From contig DATKVZ010000034.1 of the NCBI GenBank assembly GCA_035529795.1, positions 92,547-156,546 of the forward strand: DNA of 64,000 nucleotides. The letters run 5' to 3'. The translations under genes and the position numbers were made by a program. A model generated the notes under the pieces. That model saw only the letters and a list, made by a program, of their open reading frames with translations, searched no databases and was not told the origin of the DNA. Below, in pieces: positions 42,080 through 50,238 of the stretch (positions are counted from its first letter, which is position 1; every line of letters starts with the position of its first letter). The DNA is from Gallionella sp. GTDB taxonomy: Bacteria; Pseudomonadota; Gammaproteobacteria; Burkholderiales; Gallionellaceae.

Positions 42080-42826
42080 ATGCTGCTCAATGAATTGCGC
42101 GATTATAACGCATGCCTGCTGCAAACAGACCTGTTCAAGGATTACTGCCCGAACGGCCTGCAGGTGGAAGGACGCGCGGAAGTGCGGCGCATTGCCACCG
42201 GCGTAACCGCCTCACAGTTTGTGCTGGATGCGGCCATCGCATGGGGCGCGGATGCGATTCTGGTACACCACGGCTATTTCTGGCGCAACGAAGACGCCGC
42301 TATAACCGGCATCAAAAAACGGCGTATTGCCAAGTTGCTGCACAACGACGTAAGCCTGCTGGCCTATCACCTGCCGCTCGACGCACATGCCGAACTGGGC
42401 AACAACGCGCAACTCGGTAAATTACTGGAATTGAACACACAAGGCAGATTCGGCGAACAGGACATCGCCTGCATCGGCGAACTGGCGATCCCGCAAACGC
42501 TGGCGCAATTCGCCGCCTGGATCGGGGGCAGGCTGCAACGCGCTCCGCAGGTTGTCGGGGACGGTACCAAACGTATCCAAAAAGTCGCGTGGTGCAGCGG
42601 CGGCGCGCAGGGTTACTTCGAGGCGGCCATCGCGCAAGGTGCGGATGCCTACATTACCGGCGAGATTTCCGAGCAGAGTTTTCATCTTGCGCAGGAAAGC
42701 GGCGTGGCTTTCATCGCCGCCGGGCATCACGCCACCGAACGGCTTGGTATCCGGGCGCTGGGCGAGCATCTGGCGGCGCACTTCGGCCTGGAACATCGCT
42801 TCTTCGATCAGGATAATCCGGTTTAG
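42080..42826 (+). CDS. Nif3/YbgI-like dinuclear metal protein
   Basis: DYCPNGLQVEG, HHG.FW, YHLPLD.H, GHHATE. Confidence 0.93.
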   Translation: MLLNELRDYNACLLQTDLFKDYCPNGLQVEGRAEVRRIATGVTASQFVLDAAIAWGADAILVHHGYFWRNEDAAITGIKKRRIAKLLHNDVSLLAYHLPLDAHAELGNNAQLGKLLELNTQGRFGEQDIACIGELAIPQTLAQFAAWIGGRLQRAPQVVGDGTKRIQKVAWCSGGAQGYFEAAIAQGADAYITGEISEQSFHLAQESGVAFIAAGHHATERLGIRALGEHLAAHFGLEHRFFDQDNPV

Positions 42827-42879
42827 CAGTCCGGCCGCATGGCCGTATGCGCCTTCAAAAAAAGGATACTTACGGTGTT

Positions 42880-43572
42880 TCACTTGCGGCGAAACACCAG
42901 ATCCCACACCCCGTGCCCGAGACGAATGCCACGCTGCTCGAACTTGGTGAGCGGACGGTAATCCGGTCGCGGCGCGTAATCCGCCGCCGTATTTTCCAGC
43001 AACAACTCACCGCTCAATACAGCGAGCATCTGCTCGGCGTAATCCTGCCAGTCGGTGGCGCAGTGCAGGTAGCCGCCGGGTTTGAGTTTCTGCACCAGTT
43101 GTGCAACGAACGGCGCCTGAATCAGACGGCGCTTATTGTGGCGCGCCTTGTGCCACGGATCGGGGAAAAAAATATGCACACCATCCAGCGTGGCATCACC
43201 GAGCATATCGCGCAGCACTTCCACCGCATCGTGCTGGATGATGCGCAGGTTGGAAATTTGCTGCGTATCGATCAGCTTGAGCAGGTTACCCACGCCCGGC
43301 GTGTGCACTTCCAGCGCGAGATAATCGTTTTCAGGATGCGCCTGTGCGATGCTCGCGGTGCTGTCGCCCATGCCGAAACCAATCTCCAGAATCTTCGGCG
43401 CATCGCGACCGAAAGTACCGTTAAGGTCGAGTGGCTGCGCGGAGTAGGGGATGCCGAAGCGCGGCAGCAACGTTTCCACCGCGCGTTGTTGCGCGGGCGA
43501 GACGCGACCCTGGCGCAGCACGTAGCTGCGGATGTGGCGTTTACTGAGGTCTGTTTCTGGGGTATCCGTCAT
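42880..43572 (-). CDS. trmB: tRNA (guanine-N7) methyltransferase
   Basis: [30 protein letters not shown]. Confidence 0.96.
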   Translation of the reverse strand: MTDTPETDLSKRHIRSYVLRQGRVSPAQQRAVETLLPRFGIPYSAQPLDLNGTFGRDAPKILEIGFGMGDSTASIAQAHPENDYLALEVHTPGVGNLLKLIDTQQISNLRIIQHDAVEVLRDMLGDATLDGVHIFFPDPWHKARHNKRRLIQAPFVAQLVQKLKPGGYLHCATDWQDYAEQMLAVLSGELLLENTAADYAPRPDYRPLTKFEQRGIRLGHGVWDLVFRRK

Positions 43573-43589
43573 GGCGAGTTGCTCAATTA

Positions 43590-43650
43590 CCCTCACCCGC
43601 CCTGTCGGGCACCCTCTCCCGCTTGCGGGAGAGGGGATGGGGAGAGGGGG
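43590..43650. repeat. CCCTCTCCC-family palindrome (intergenic), close relative of the prmC insert
   Basis: ccctcaccc-gccctgtcgggc-accctctcccgcttgcgggagagggg-atggggagaggg. Confidence 0.9.
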
Positions 43651-43653
43651 TTT

Positions 43654-44448
43654 TCAGGAACGTGCCGAAGCAATGATCCCCGCCGTTGGCGAGCTCGGGC
43701 TGGCGCTGTATAGCTTCTTCGGCATGCGCCCGGCGAGGAATGCGCTGCGCCCGGCTTCCACCGCCTGCTTCATCGCGCCGGCCATCAGCACCGGCTGCTG
43801 TGCGGCGGCGATGGCGGTGTTCATCAGCACGCCGTCGCAGCCCAGCTCCATCGCAATGGCCGCATCCGAGGCGGTGCCGACGCCCGCATCGACGATCACC
43901 GGCACCTGCACGCGCTCCATGATGAGTTGCAAATTCCACGGGTTGAGGATGCCCATGCCCGAGCCAATCAGCGAGGCCAGCGGCATGATCGCCACGCAGC
44001 CGAGGTCTTCCAGTTGCTTGGCGATGATCGGATCGTCCGAGGTATAGACCATCACCTGAAAGCCATCCGCAATCAGCGTCTTCGCGGCGGCGAGCGTCTC
44101 TACCACATTGGGATACAGCGATTGCGGGTCGCCCAGCACTTCCAGCTTGACCAGACTGTGCCCGTCCAGCAGCTCACGCGCCAGACGCAGGGTGCGCACC
44201 GCGTCATCGGCGCTGTAGCAGCCGGCAGTGTTGGGCAGCAGCGTGTATTTTGACGGTGGCAGAATTTCCAGTAGGCTCGGCTCGTTCGGGTTCTGCCCGA
44301 TGTTGCTGCGGCGGATCGCGATGGTGATGATCTCCGCGCCGCTGGCCTCGACTGCCGCCTGGGTCTCGTTGAAATCCTTGTACTTGCCCGTGCCGACCAG
44401 CAGCCGTGACGAATAGCTCTTGCCTGCGATGATGAGTTTGTCGTTCAT
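43654..44448 (-). CDS. thiG: Thiazole synthase
   Basis: [27 protein letters not shown]. Confidence 0.96.
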   Translation of the reverse strand: MNDKLIIAGKSYSSRLLVGTGKYKDFNETQAAVEASGAEIITIAIRRSNIGQNPNEPSLLEILPPSKYTLLPNTAGCYSADDAVRTLRLARELLDGHSLVKLEVLGDPQSLYPNVVETLAAAKTLIADGFQVMVYTSDDPIIAKQLEDLGCVAIMPLASLIGSGMGILNPWNLQLIMERVQVPVIVDAGVGTASDAAIAMELGCDGVLMNTAIAAAQQPVLMAGAMKQAVEAGRSAFLAGRMPKKLYSASPSSPTAGIIASARS

Positions 44449-44484
44449 TGATGAGTTCCTGTTCAATAGGATTGCAACCTTGCT

Positions 44485-44524
44485 TCCCTCGCCCCTTAGG
44501 GGAGAGGGATTGAGGGAGAGGGGT
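44485..44524. repeat. CCCTCTCCC-family palindrome (intergenic)
   Basis: ccctcgccccttaggggagaggg-attgagggagagggg. Confidence 0.8.
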
Positions 44525-44728
44525 TTAGCCCCCGCCCACCGCCACGACCACTTCCAGCCGGTCGCCCTCCGCCAATTGCTGCGTAGCAAACTGGCTGCGC
44601 GGCACGATCTCGCCGTTGCGCTCCAGCGCGACACGCTTGCCGAATAAGCTCATCTCCTCGATGAGTGCAGCGATGCTGATGGCTTGCGGAAACTGGCGTA
44701 ATGCGCCGTTGATGCTGACTGTGATCAC
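44525..44728 (-). CDS. thiS: Sulfur carrier ThiS
   Basis: NGEIVPRS, C-terminal VGGG. Confidence 0.95.
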   Translation of the reverse strand: MITVSINGALRQFPQAISIAALIEEMSLFGKRVALERNGEIVPRSQFATQQLAEGDRLEVVVAVGGG

Positions 44729-44790
44729 TTTTTGGAGTCTCTGAAATTGCCGATGGCCGTGTTAGAATGCGCATCGTTATTCTACACCAA

Positions 44791-44864
44791 GCGGGTGTAG
44801 TTCAATGGTAGAACGGCAGCTTCCCAAGCTGCATACGACGGTTCGATCCCGTTCACCCGCTCCA
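44791..44864 (+). tRNA. tRNA-Gly (CCC)
   Basis: 74-nt cloverleaf, anticodon arm GCAGC-TTCCCAA-GCTGC, CCA end. Confidence 0.97.
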
Positions 44865-44926
44865 GTTCGTTGCTCCGGCAGCGTGCTTTTATAGAATCCG
44901 CTTCGATTCGAACAAGGGGGCGCACC

Positions 44927-45136
44927 ATGTTGAGCATAGAAAACCTGACACGTACTGAAAAACTGCGCATGCTGGAGGCAATCTGGGATGACCTAGCACG
45001 CGATCCGGCAGCGCTTATCCCACACGAATGGCATGCACAGGCACTCAAGGATGCCGAACGTGCCCATGCGGAAAACCAGGCCGGTTTTGTGTCCTGGGAT
45101 ATCGCCAAGAAGAAGCTGCGCGACGGCATGTCATGA
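44927..45136 (+). CDS. Putative addiction-module antitoxin component
   Basis: L...EKL...EAIWDDL...W-rich 69-aa ORF overlapping the downstream toxin gene. Confidence 0.75.
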   Translation: MLSIENLTRTEKLRMLEAIWDDLARDPAALIPHEWHAQALKDAERAHAENQAGFVSWDIAKKKLRDGMS

Positions 45137-45426
45137 AGATCGAGATTCTGGATATCGCAATGGGCGATCTCCAGGCCGGTCAGCAGTTTTATGAGCGGCA
45201 GCAGGAAGGGCTGGGTGCTTATTTTCTGGACTCGCTGTTTTCCGACATCGATGCGCTGCTGCTTTACGCTGGAATCCACCAGCAATTTTTCGGCTATTGC
45301 CGTGCGCTCTCGAAGCGGTTTCCTTACGCAATCTACTACCGTGTGTGTGGTGAAACCATCCAGGTTTGGCGTGTGCTGGATTGCCGACAAAAACCTTCGC
45401 GCATAGTCGGTGCGCTACGCGCTTGA
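45133..45426 (+). CDS. ParE/RelE-family toxin
   Basis: A..DL.....FYE.Q..GLG..F...RFPY.IYY...V.RVLD.R. Confidence 0.8.
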   Translation: MKIEILDIAMGDLQAGQQFYERQQEGLGAYFLDSLFSDIDALLLYAGIHQQFFGYCRALSKRFPYAIYYRVCGETIQVWRVLDCRQKPSRIVGALRA

Positions 45427-45491
45427 TCTCGCTCCAGTTCTCGCACCGTTTTTCGGAGAGGGGGTGGCCGCGAGGCTGCCTCCTTACCCTC

Positions 45492-45527
45492 CTGCATACG
45501 ACGGTTCGATCCCGTTCACCCGCTCCA
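45492..45527 (+). repeat. Exact 36-bp copy of the tRNA-Gly 3' end (attR-like)
   Basis: ctgcatacgacggttcgatcccgttcacccgctcca, identical to 44829-44864. Confidence 0.97.
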
Positions 45528-45659
45528 TTCACTGCGCCGTTTTTCACGGCAATCTTCACACGATTCGTTCAGGTCAAAATTGACTCGCTGGTTCGGCATT
45601 CCGGATTGGATGAAAAATTGGGCATTTAATTCGAACCTGGCCCCTTTGATCTACGTTTG

Positions 45660-45698
45660 GTTAGGCGGAGATGTCAACTATTTTGGGGGAAGGTTACA
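45660..45698 (-). mobile_element. Orphan IS3-like terminal inverted-repeat remnant
   Basis: Minus strand TGTAACCTTCCCCCAAAATAGTTGACATCTCCGCCTAAC resembles IS3-group ends (TG...CCC...AATAGT.GACA...CTAA); from memory, not searched. Confidence 0.4.
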
Positions 45699-45723
45699 GT
45701 CCCTCTCGACTGCCGGGTTAGCC
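45699..45723 (-). other. Truncated attC site (R''/L'' half)
   Basis: Minus strand GGCTAAC-CCGGC-AGTCGAGAGGGAC contains the TAA stop of the preceding ORF. Confidence 0.6.
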
Positions 45724-46245
45724 TGATTTGTTTGCAAAGACATCAACTGGCTTTCCGTCCAAGTATGACTGTGCAAGCTCTGCAACAACATCGTATGAAG
45801 CTAGTAGATCCTCGTAGCGCCCAATGAAGGTACCCCATGGGTCTGCTTGTACCTTTTCTTTTACCGCAAGAATAAAAAATTCCTCCATGCTGTCCATCTG
45901 CTCATCCGCTACGCGCACACGCTCGAAAATGATGTGAAGGCAGTTACGCTCAATAGGCTTTAGGTGGGGATACAGTGACTCTTGAACGGAATAATAGCCT
46001 ACGGTAACAGTGTTGACCGATAACATCGGTAGGAAGCGTTGTTGCCTCATGTGGCTAATCGCTTGATTGAGGATGTCGCGCTTCTGCGGTAGTTGAGCTA
46101 AGACAGACTTTAGCTCCGTACGAACGAGGCGCTTGCTTCTCCATATCTCGGCACGGTAGCGAATATATCTGCTACCTTCACCGAGGGAAAAACCGATGGC
46201 GATACCAGCAAAAGCAATCAAAGACGAGGAATCAAATGCGCTCAT
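45718..46245 (-). CDS. Hypothetical cassette protein (N-terminal TM)
   Basis: 175-aa lower-GC ORF whose stop lies in the attC R'' box. Confidence 0.65.
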   Translation of the reverse strand: MSAFDSSSLIAFAGIAIGFSLGEGSRYIRYRAEIWRSKRLVRTELKSVLAQLPQKRDILNQAISHMRQQRFLPMLSVNTVTVGYYSVQESLYPHLKPIERNCLHIIFERVRVADEQMDSMEEFFILAVKEKVQADPWGTFIGRYEDLLASYDVVAELAQSYLDGKPVDVFANKSG

Positions 46246-46254
46246 TTGCGAAGA

Positions 46255-46584
46255 CTATGGGCAATTAATAATAATGCCCTGCTGCGATAATTTGTCACGC
46301 CGCTCGAAACATCTCTGCCGATTGCTAGCATTCATGTCTGCATCGTGAGCATCTCTGCCGGTGAACGGATTGACTGATCCCGGGTTTCGTTGCTCTGCAT
46401 TCGTGCCTCGTTTGTCGTAGTAAAAACCTGGAGGAGCTGGTGGTGTGTCGGATGATCCTTGCGGGTGAGTATCCCACTGAACGATCTGACCTTTGCATTC
46501 GCCCATAATTGTCGGGCCAATACAGCCTGCGTATGTAGTAGTTGAAGCTGTCAGTGCTATGAAAATTAGTGTAGTACGCTTCAT
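46255..46584 (-). CDS. Hypothetical secreted cassette protein
   Basis: Signal peptide; GTTAGCC-AAGGAG-N6-ATG start typical of gene cassettes. Confidence 0.65.
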   Translation of the reverse strand: MKRTTLIFIALTASTTTYAGCIGPTIMGECKGQIVQWDTHPQGSSDTPPAPPGFYYDKRGTNAEQRNPGSVNPFTGRDAHDADMNASNRQRCFERRDKLSQQGIIINCP

Positions 46585-46596
46585 GAGGTTCTCCTT

Positions 46597-46680
46597 GGCT
46601 AACGAATAGCGTTTATCTGCCGCCCTCCCCAGGATTGCTATACCCCCTGCCTTATCGGCGGCGGATAAACCTCGTTGGAC
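46597..46680 (-). other. attC-like recombination site
   Basis: Minus strand GTCCAAC...gtttatccgccgcc / ggcggcagataaac...GTTAGCC, an 84-nt imperfect palindrome. Confidence 0.65.
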
Positions 46681-46932
46681 TGAACCTATCGGAGAGCGGA
46701 ACCTATGGGGATTGTAAGGTTGCGCGATGGCAAGTCAACCGACTTTCATGAGGCAACCCAGACTGGTGACGCTGAAGCTGGTCTTTTCGCGCGATTTCAA
46801 CGTGCCGATCCGTACCAGAATTCCGCCCGGAGCGATACATGGAAGCACCATTCAGACTGCACGGACGAGCGCCACCCCGGCGTGCGCAAAAGCCAAGCCG
46901 CAGGATCAAGCTGACGGGAATACAAGAATGTC

Positions 46933-48084
46933 TCATGGCGGCCCTTGAGGTGGCGGGCGCGGCAAGGGAGAAGGCGGAATTGCTTCTATTACCACGAAGC
47001 GCCCTTCGCCGCAGTGCGGACATTTCAACCACTCGATGCTCGCCACCCGCTTCATAAATTCCGCCACCGACTCGACCACAACCGGGTCGGGAGCCGGTGC
47101 CTCCAGCGCGGCACGGGCTGCGGCAAGGTTGGCCGCCTTGTGCGCCGGGCCAATCAGCCCGTAATGGCGGATGCGCTTGAAGCCGCCGGGCAGCACATGC
47201 TGCATGAAGCGGCCGATGAATTGGGTTGCCTCCAAGCGCACCAGCTTCTTGCGGTTGCCGTTGGCGGAATCGCGCATGCGGAAACGGACCGTGCTTCCCT
47301 CCATGCCGAGGATGCGCTCGTTGGAAATCGCCACCCGGTGCGTGTAACGCCCCAGATACTCCAGCACCTGCGCCGGGCCGCCCAGCGGCTGCTTCGCGTA
47401 GACCACCCAATCGTGGCGGAGCAAAGCCGCGCACAGCTTGCGCCACGCCGCATCGTCCTTTGCCGTATCGTGGCGCAGCCCGCTTCGCGCGCCGTCGAGC
47501 GCATCAAGGAACTTGCCGCGATACACGCCAGAAAGCGCACGCACCGTAAACAGGAAACCACGTTTCGAACTCACCCAGTTGCCGTCTGCCGCCAGCGCCC
47601 CGCCTGCCACCAGCGCATGCACATGGACATGCCGACCGAGATCCTGCTTCCAGGTATGCAGCACCAACGTAAAGCTGGGTCGCCCACCCAGCCAGCGCGG
47701 ATTGGCGGCGAACTCGTTGAGCGTGGCGGAGACGGTATTGAACAGCAACGCATAGAGCGTGCGCGCATCGCATCCGGCCAGCCCGTTAAGCGTGTGCGGC
47801 AAGGTGAACACCAGATGGAAATACGGCACCGGCAACAACTCCCGTCGGCGTGCCGCCAACCAGGCCTCCTTGGCGCGCGTCTGGCACTGCGGGCAATGCC
47901 GGTTACGGCAGGAATGGTACAGGTAGCGCAGTACGCCGCAATGGTCGCAACACTCGACATGCCCGCCCAACACAAAGGTGCGGCACGCGACAATAGCCCG
48001 CCACGCCTTCTCCTGGACGGCGGACAGAGCGCGCGACGCGAGATAGGGCTGGCCGTGCGTGCGTAGAATATCGGCCAGACCCAC
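46933..48084 (-). CDS. IS91-family (Y2/HUH) transposase with Zn-binding N-terminus
   Basis: C..CRT..LGG, HSCRNRHCP.C, HVHVH (HUH), EYLGRYTHR (YxxxY); GTG start uncertain. Confidence 0.92.
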   Translation of the reverse strand: MGLADILRTHGQPYLASRALSAVQEKAWRAIVACRTFVLGGHVECCDHCGVLRYLYHSCRNRHCPQCQTRAKEAWLAARRRELLPVPYFHLVFTLPHTLNGLAGCDARTLYALLFNTVSATLNEFAANPRWLGGRPSFTLVLHTWKQDLGRHVHVHALVAGGALAADGNWVSSKRGFLFTVRALSGVYRGKFLDALDGARSGLRHDTAKDDAAWRKLCAALLRHDWVVYAKQPLGGPAQVLEYLGRYTHRVAISNERILGMEGSTVRFRMRDSANGNRKKLVRLEATQFIGRFMQHVLPGGFKRIRHYGLIGPAHKAANLAAARAALEAPAPDPVVVESVAEFMKRVASIEWLKCPHCGEGRFVVIEAIPPSPLPRPPPQGPP

Positions 48085-48104
48085 ACCGTGGGCCACGACA
48101 ACGG

Positions 48105-48983
48105 CTAGCGAAGGGCGGTGTCGAACAGCTCCAGCGGTGAAGTGGTGCCGGTCAGCTTGTGGTGCGCCAGATGGAAGTAGCGCATGGTGGTTCCCACATG
48201 ACCGTGACCGAGCAGTCGCTGGATAGTGTGGATGTCCACGCCAGACTCCAGCAGGTGGGTGGCGAAACAATGACGCAGCGTGTGGATGCCGCCAACACGT
48301 CCAAGCCCGGCTTTGTCTCGCGCGGCACAATACATGCGTTGCGCCGTCTGGATGGTTATCGGCTCCGTGCCGGTCGGGTTCGGGAACAGCCAGGTACGCG
48401 GACGACAGGCTTGCCAGTAGTCGCGCAGGGTTTGCAGCAAAGCGGGAGAAAGCATCGTGTAGCGATCCTTGCCACCCTTGCCGCCGCGCACCTTGATGCA
48501 CATCCGGTCCGGGGCGCTCTCGATGTCCGCCGCTCGCAGCGCACACACTTCGGATACGCGCAATCCCGCAGCGTAGGCGACCATCAGCAAGGTGCGGGCG
48601 CGCAGGTTCGACGCCGCTGCAAACACCCGCTTCACCTCATCCCGCGACAGTACGCGCGGCAAGGATTTGGGCACCTTCGCCATCGGGATGTCGTATCTGG
48701 ACAGCGGGCGTCGCAGCACCGCATCAAACAAGAACCTGCAAGCGCAGGCCGCCTGATTTACGCTCGAGTAAGCGAGCTTGCGCTCGACAACCAGATGCAG
48801 GAAGTAATCCTGTACTTCTTGTGGCGACAGAGAATCCGGCGTGCGGCGATAGTGCTTTGCCAGCCCTTTCACTGCATCCAGATAAGATTCACGCGTGCGC
48901 AACGCGAACCCGCGCAACACCATGGCATCATCCATCTGTTGGCGTAACGTCTTCCGGGCGCCCGGATAAATGTCTTGAGTCAT
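48105..48983 (-). CDS. Tyrosine recombinase (phage-integrase family, SAM-like N-terminus)
   Basis: YAAGLRVSE, HTLRH, LLGH...TMRY catalytic set; AAGGAG RBS. Confidence 0.93.
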   Translation of the reverse strand: MTQDIYPGARKTLRQQMDDAMVLRGFALRTRESYLDAVKGLAKHYRRTPDSLSPQEVQDYFLHLVVERKLAYSSVNQAACACRFLFDAVLRRPLSRYDIPMAKVPKSLPRVLSRDEVKRVFAAASNLRARTLLMVAYAAGLRVSEVCALRAADIESAPDRMCIKVRGGKGGKDRYTMLSPALLQTLRDYWQACRPRTWLFPNPTGTEPITIQTAQRMYCAARDKAGLGRVGGIHTLRHCFATHLLESGVDIHTIQRLLGHGHVGTTMRYFHLAHHKLTGTTSPLELFDTALR

Positions 48984-49347
48984 CTTCGTCTCCTTGATCG
49001 AATCGGGGACATCCCCCGCGACCAAGGATCGAAGATTTCTACGTGAATTGCAGCAAGGAAAAGCGGAAGTTGAAGAAGGGACGTTCGGGGCAACGCGCCA
49101 CCGCTTTAGCGGTTTAGTTCAACGTAAAGTAGACAGCCTAAAACGCGCCTGCAAAGGCACCTTCAGGGTGTATAAACTGGAAAGTATTTCGCAAGCCATT
49201 GTCTTTAAAGTCCGTGCAAATGTAGCGCACCCTAATTCCTTTGAAAATGGCACCATCCCTCGCCCAAGTAACGGGTTACTCCAAACACTCTGGAACACAC
49301 TAGCAGCAATACCTCTCCTTAACAATATGCCAAAAGGCCTAAGGGTC

Positions 49348-49375
49348 AAAGGGGTTAGCTCAAGCTGACCCCTTT
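49348..49375. repeat. 28-nt palindrome made of two copies of the 17-nt border motif
   Basis: aaaggggttagc-tcaa-gctgaccccttt. Confidence 0.75.
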
Positions 49376-49422
49376 AGTTTTTCCTTTAGTTTTTGGGTTC
49401 ACACTGTCAGTTTTTCCGGCGG

Positions 49423-50064
49423 CTACGGGCACATCGGTTTTGCACGTACTTTTTCTTTACTAATTCTCTCTAGAGTTTTAAAAAATTCTTGCTTTTGTTT
49501 TTCCTTAACTACCGGATACATCGCCTTTGTGGCAGTATCATAAGCCACTGCGGCGTTACTAATTGCCTCCATTTGATCTGATACTTTTGGTAGTGAAAGT
49601 CGTGCTTCTATTCCTGCAAAATGAGTAGCCCATTCAACCGCCAGTTGCGCAGCTTTTTGGGCTGCTAAAGCAGCGTTTTCTTCGGTAGTAGCCGATGCTG
49701 AAGAACCTCCAAGTCCTGATGATACCCATGCCTCATGCAGCTCTGCTTGAGTAGCATCCCCATTCGCATAACGCTCTGCCACCTCGATTGCTTTAACAAA
49801 CGATTCATTGCCGTACATTCCATATTTATGATTGCATTTCAACTGTCGAGCACACCATATTGCGTAAAGCCGCCAATATTTATCAAATTCTGGCAATGAC
49901 TGGCAGCACCATAAAGCTGAATACAGCCCTACTCTGTGTATAAGGCTATACAAATCAAGTGCATCATCATCAGGCTGAGTTTTCCCAAGGCTTTTGAGTA
50001 GTCGATCCCAAAGTTCTTTACTGGGATTGCACAAATAGATCCTGTTAAGTGTCGTCTGTATCAT
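49423..50064 (-). CDS. Phage-type hypothetical protein, Imm5-like family
   Basis: MIQTTLN...LLKSLGKTQPDD...ALWC...WRLYAIWCAR...AIEVAERYANG.AT..EL..AW recalls a widespread phage family; likely start ATG 50064; low GC. Confidence 0.55.
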   Translation of the reverse strand: MIQTTLNRIYLCNPSKELWDRLLKSLGKTQPDDDALDLYSLIHRVGLYSALWCCQSLPEFDKYWRLYAIWCARQLKCNHKYGMYGNESFVKAIEVAERYANGDATQAELHEAWVSSGLGGSSASATTEENAALAAQKAAQLAVEWATHFAGIEARLSLPKVSDQMEAISNAAVAYDTATKAMYPVVKEKQKQEFFKTLERISKEKVRAKPMCP

Positions 50065-50238
50065 TTCCAGTTCAATTTTGAATGTATGTGTCTCATCAAA
50101 CGGCCTGTTTAATTTTGAAATGCCTTCGTTCAAGTAACACGGGGCTCCAAACACTCTGGAACACACACTAGCAGCAAAATCCCCTAAAAACCATATACCA
50201 AAATACATAGGCAATTCGGAATCTAAAGAGTATCCGAT

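Larger units (their letters stand above)
46674..49113 (-). mobile_element. IS91-like element with associated tyrosine recombinase
   Basis: Integrase + HUH transposase bounded by inverted 13-mers GTTGGACTGAACC (46674-46686) and GGTTTAGTTCAAC (49101-49113), 11/13 complementary; exact ends inferred. Confidence 0.8.

Noticed and set aside
44729-44790. TPP riboswitch upstream of thiS-thiG
   Set aside because: Only ~60 nt between thiS and tRNA-Gly, and no TGAGA/CCCT TPP signature
46945-48066. 373-aa plus-strand ORF
   Set aside because: Antisense shadow of the IS91-like transposase
48084-48546. N-terminal extension making the transposase 537 aa
   Set aside because: Overlaps the integrase in another frame; conserved transposase motifs begin near 48084
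48105-48983. Integron integrase IntI
   Set aside because: 292 aa, with no visible IntI-specific insertion before the HxLRH box, and coupled to the IS91-like transposase
50065-50214. 50-aa N-terminal extension of the Imm5-like ORF
   Set aside because: Corresponds to the direct-repeat copy; family-like sequence starts at MIQTTLN
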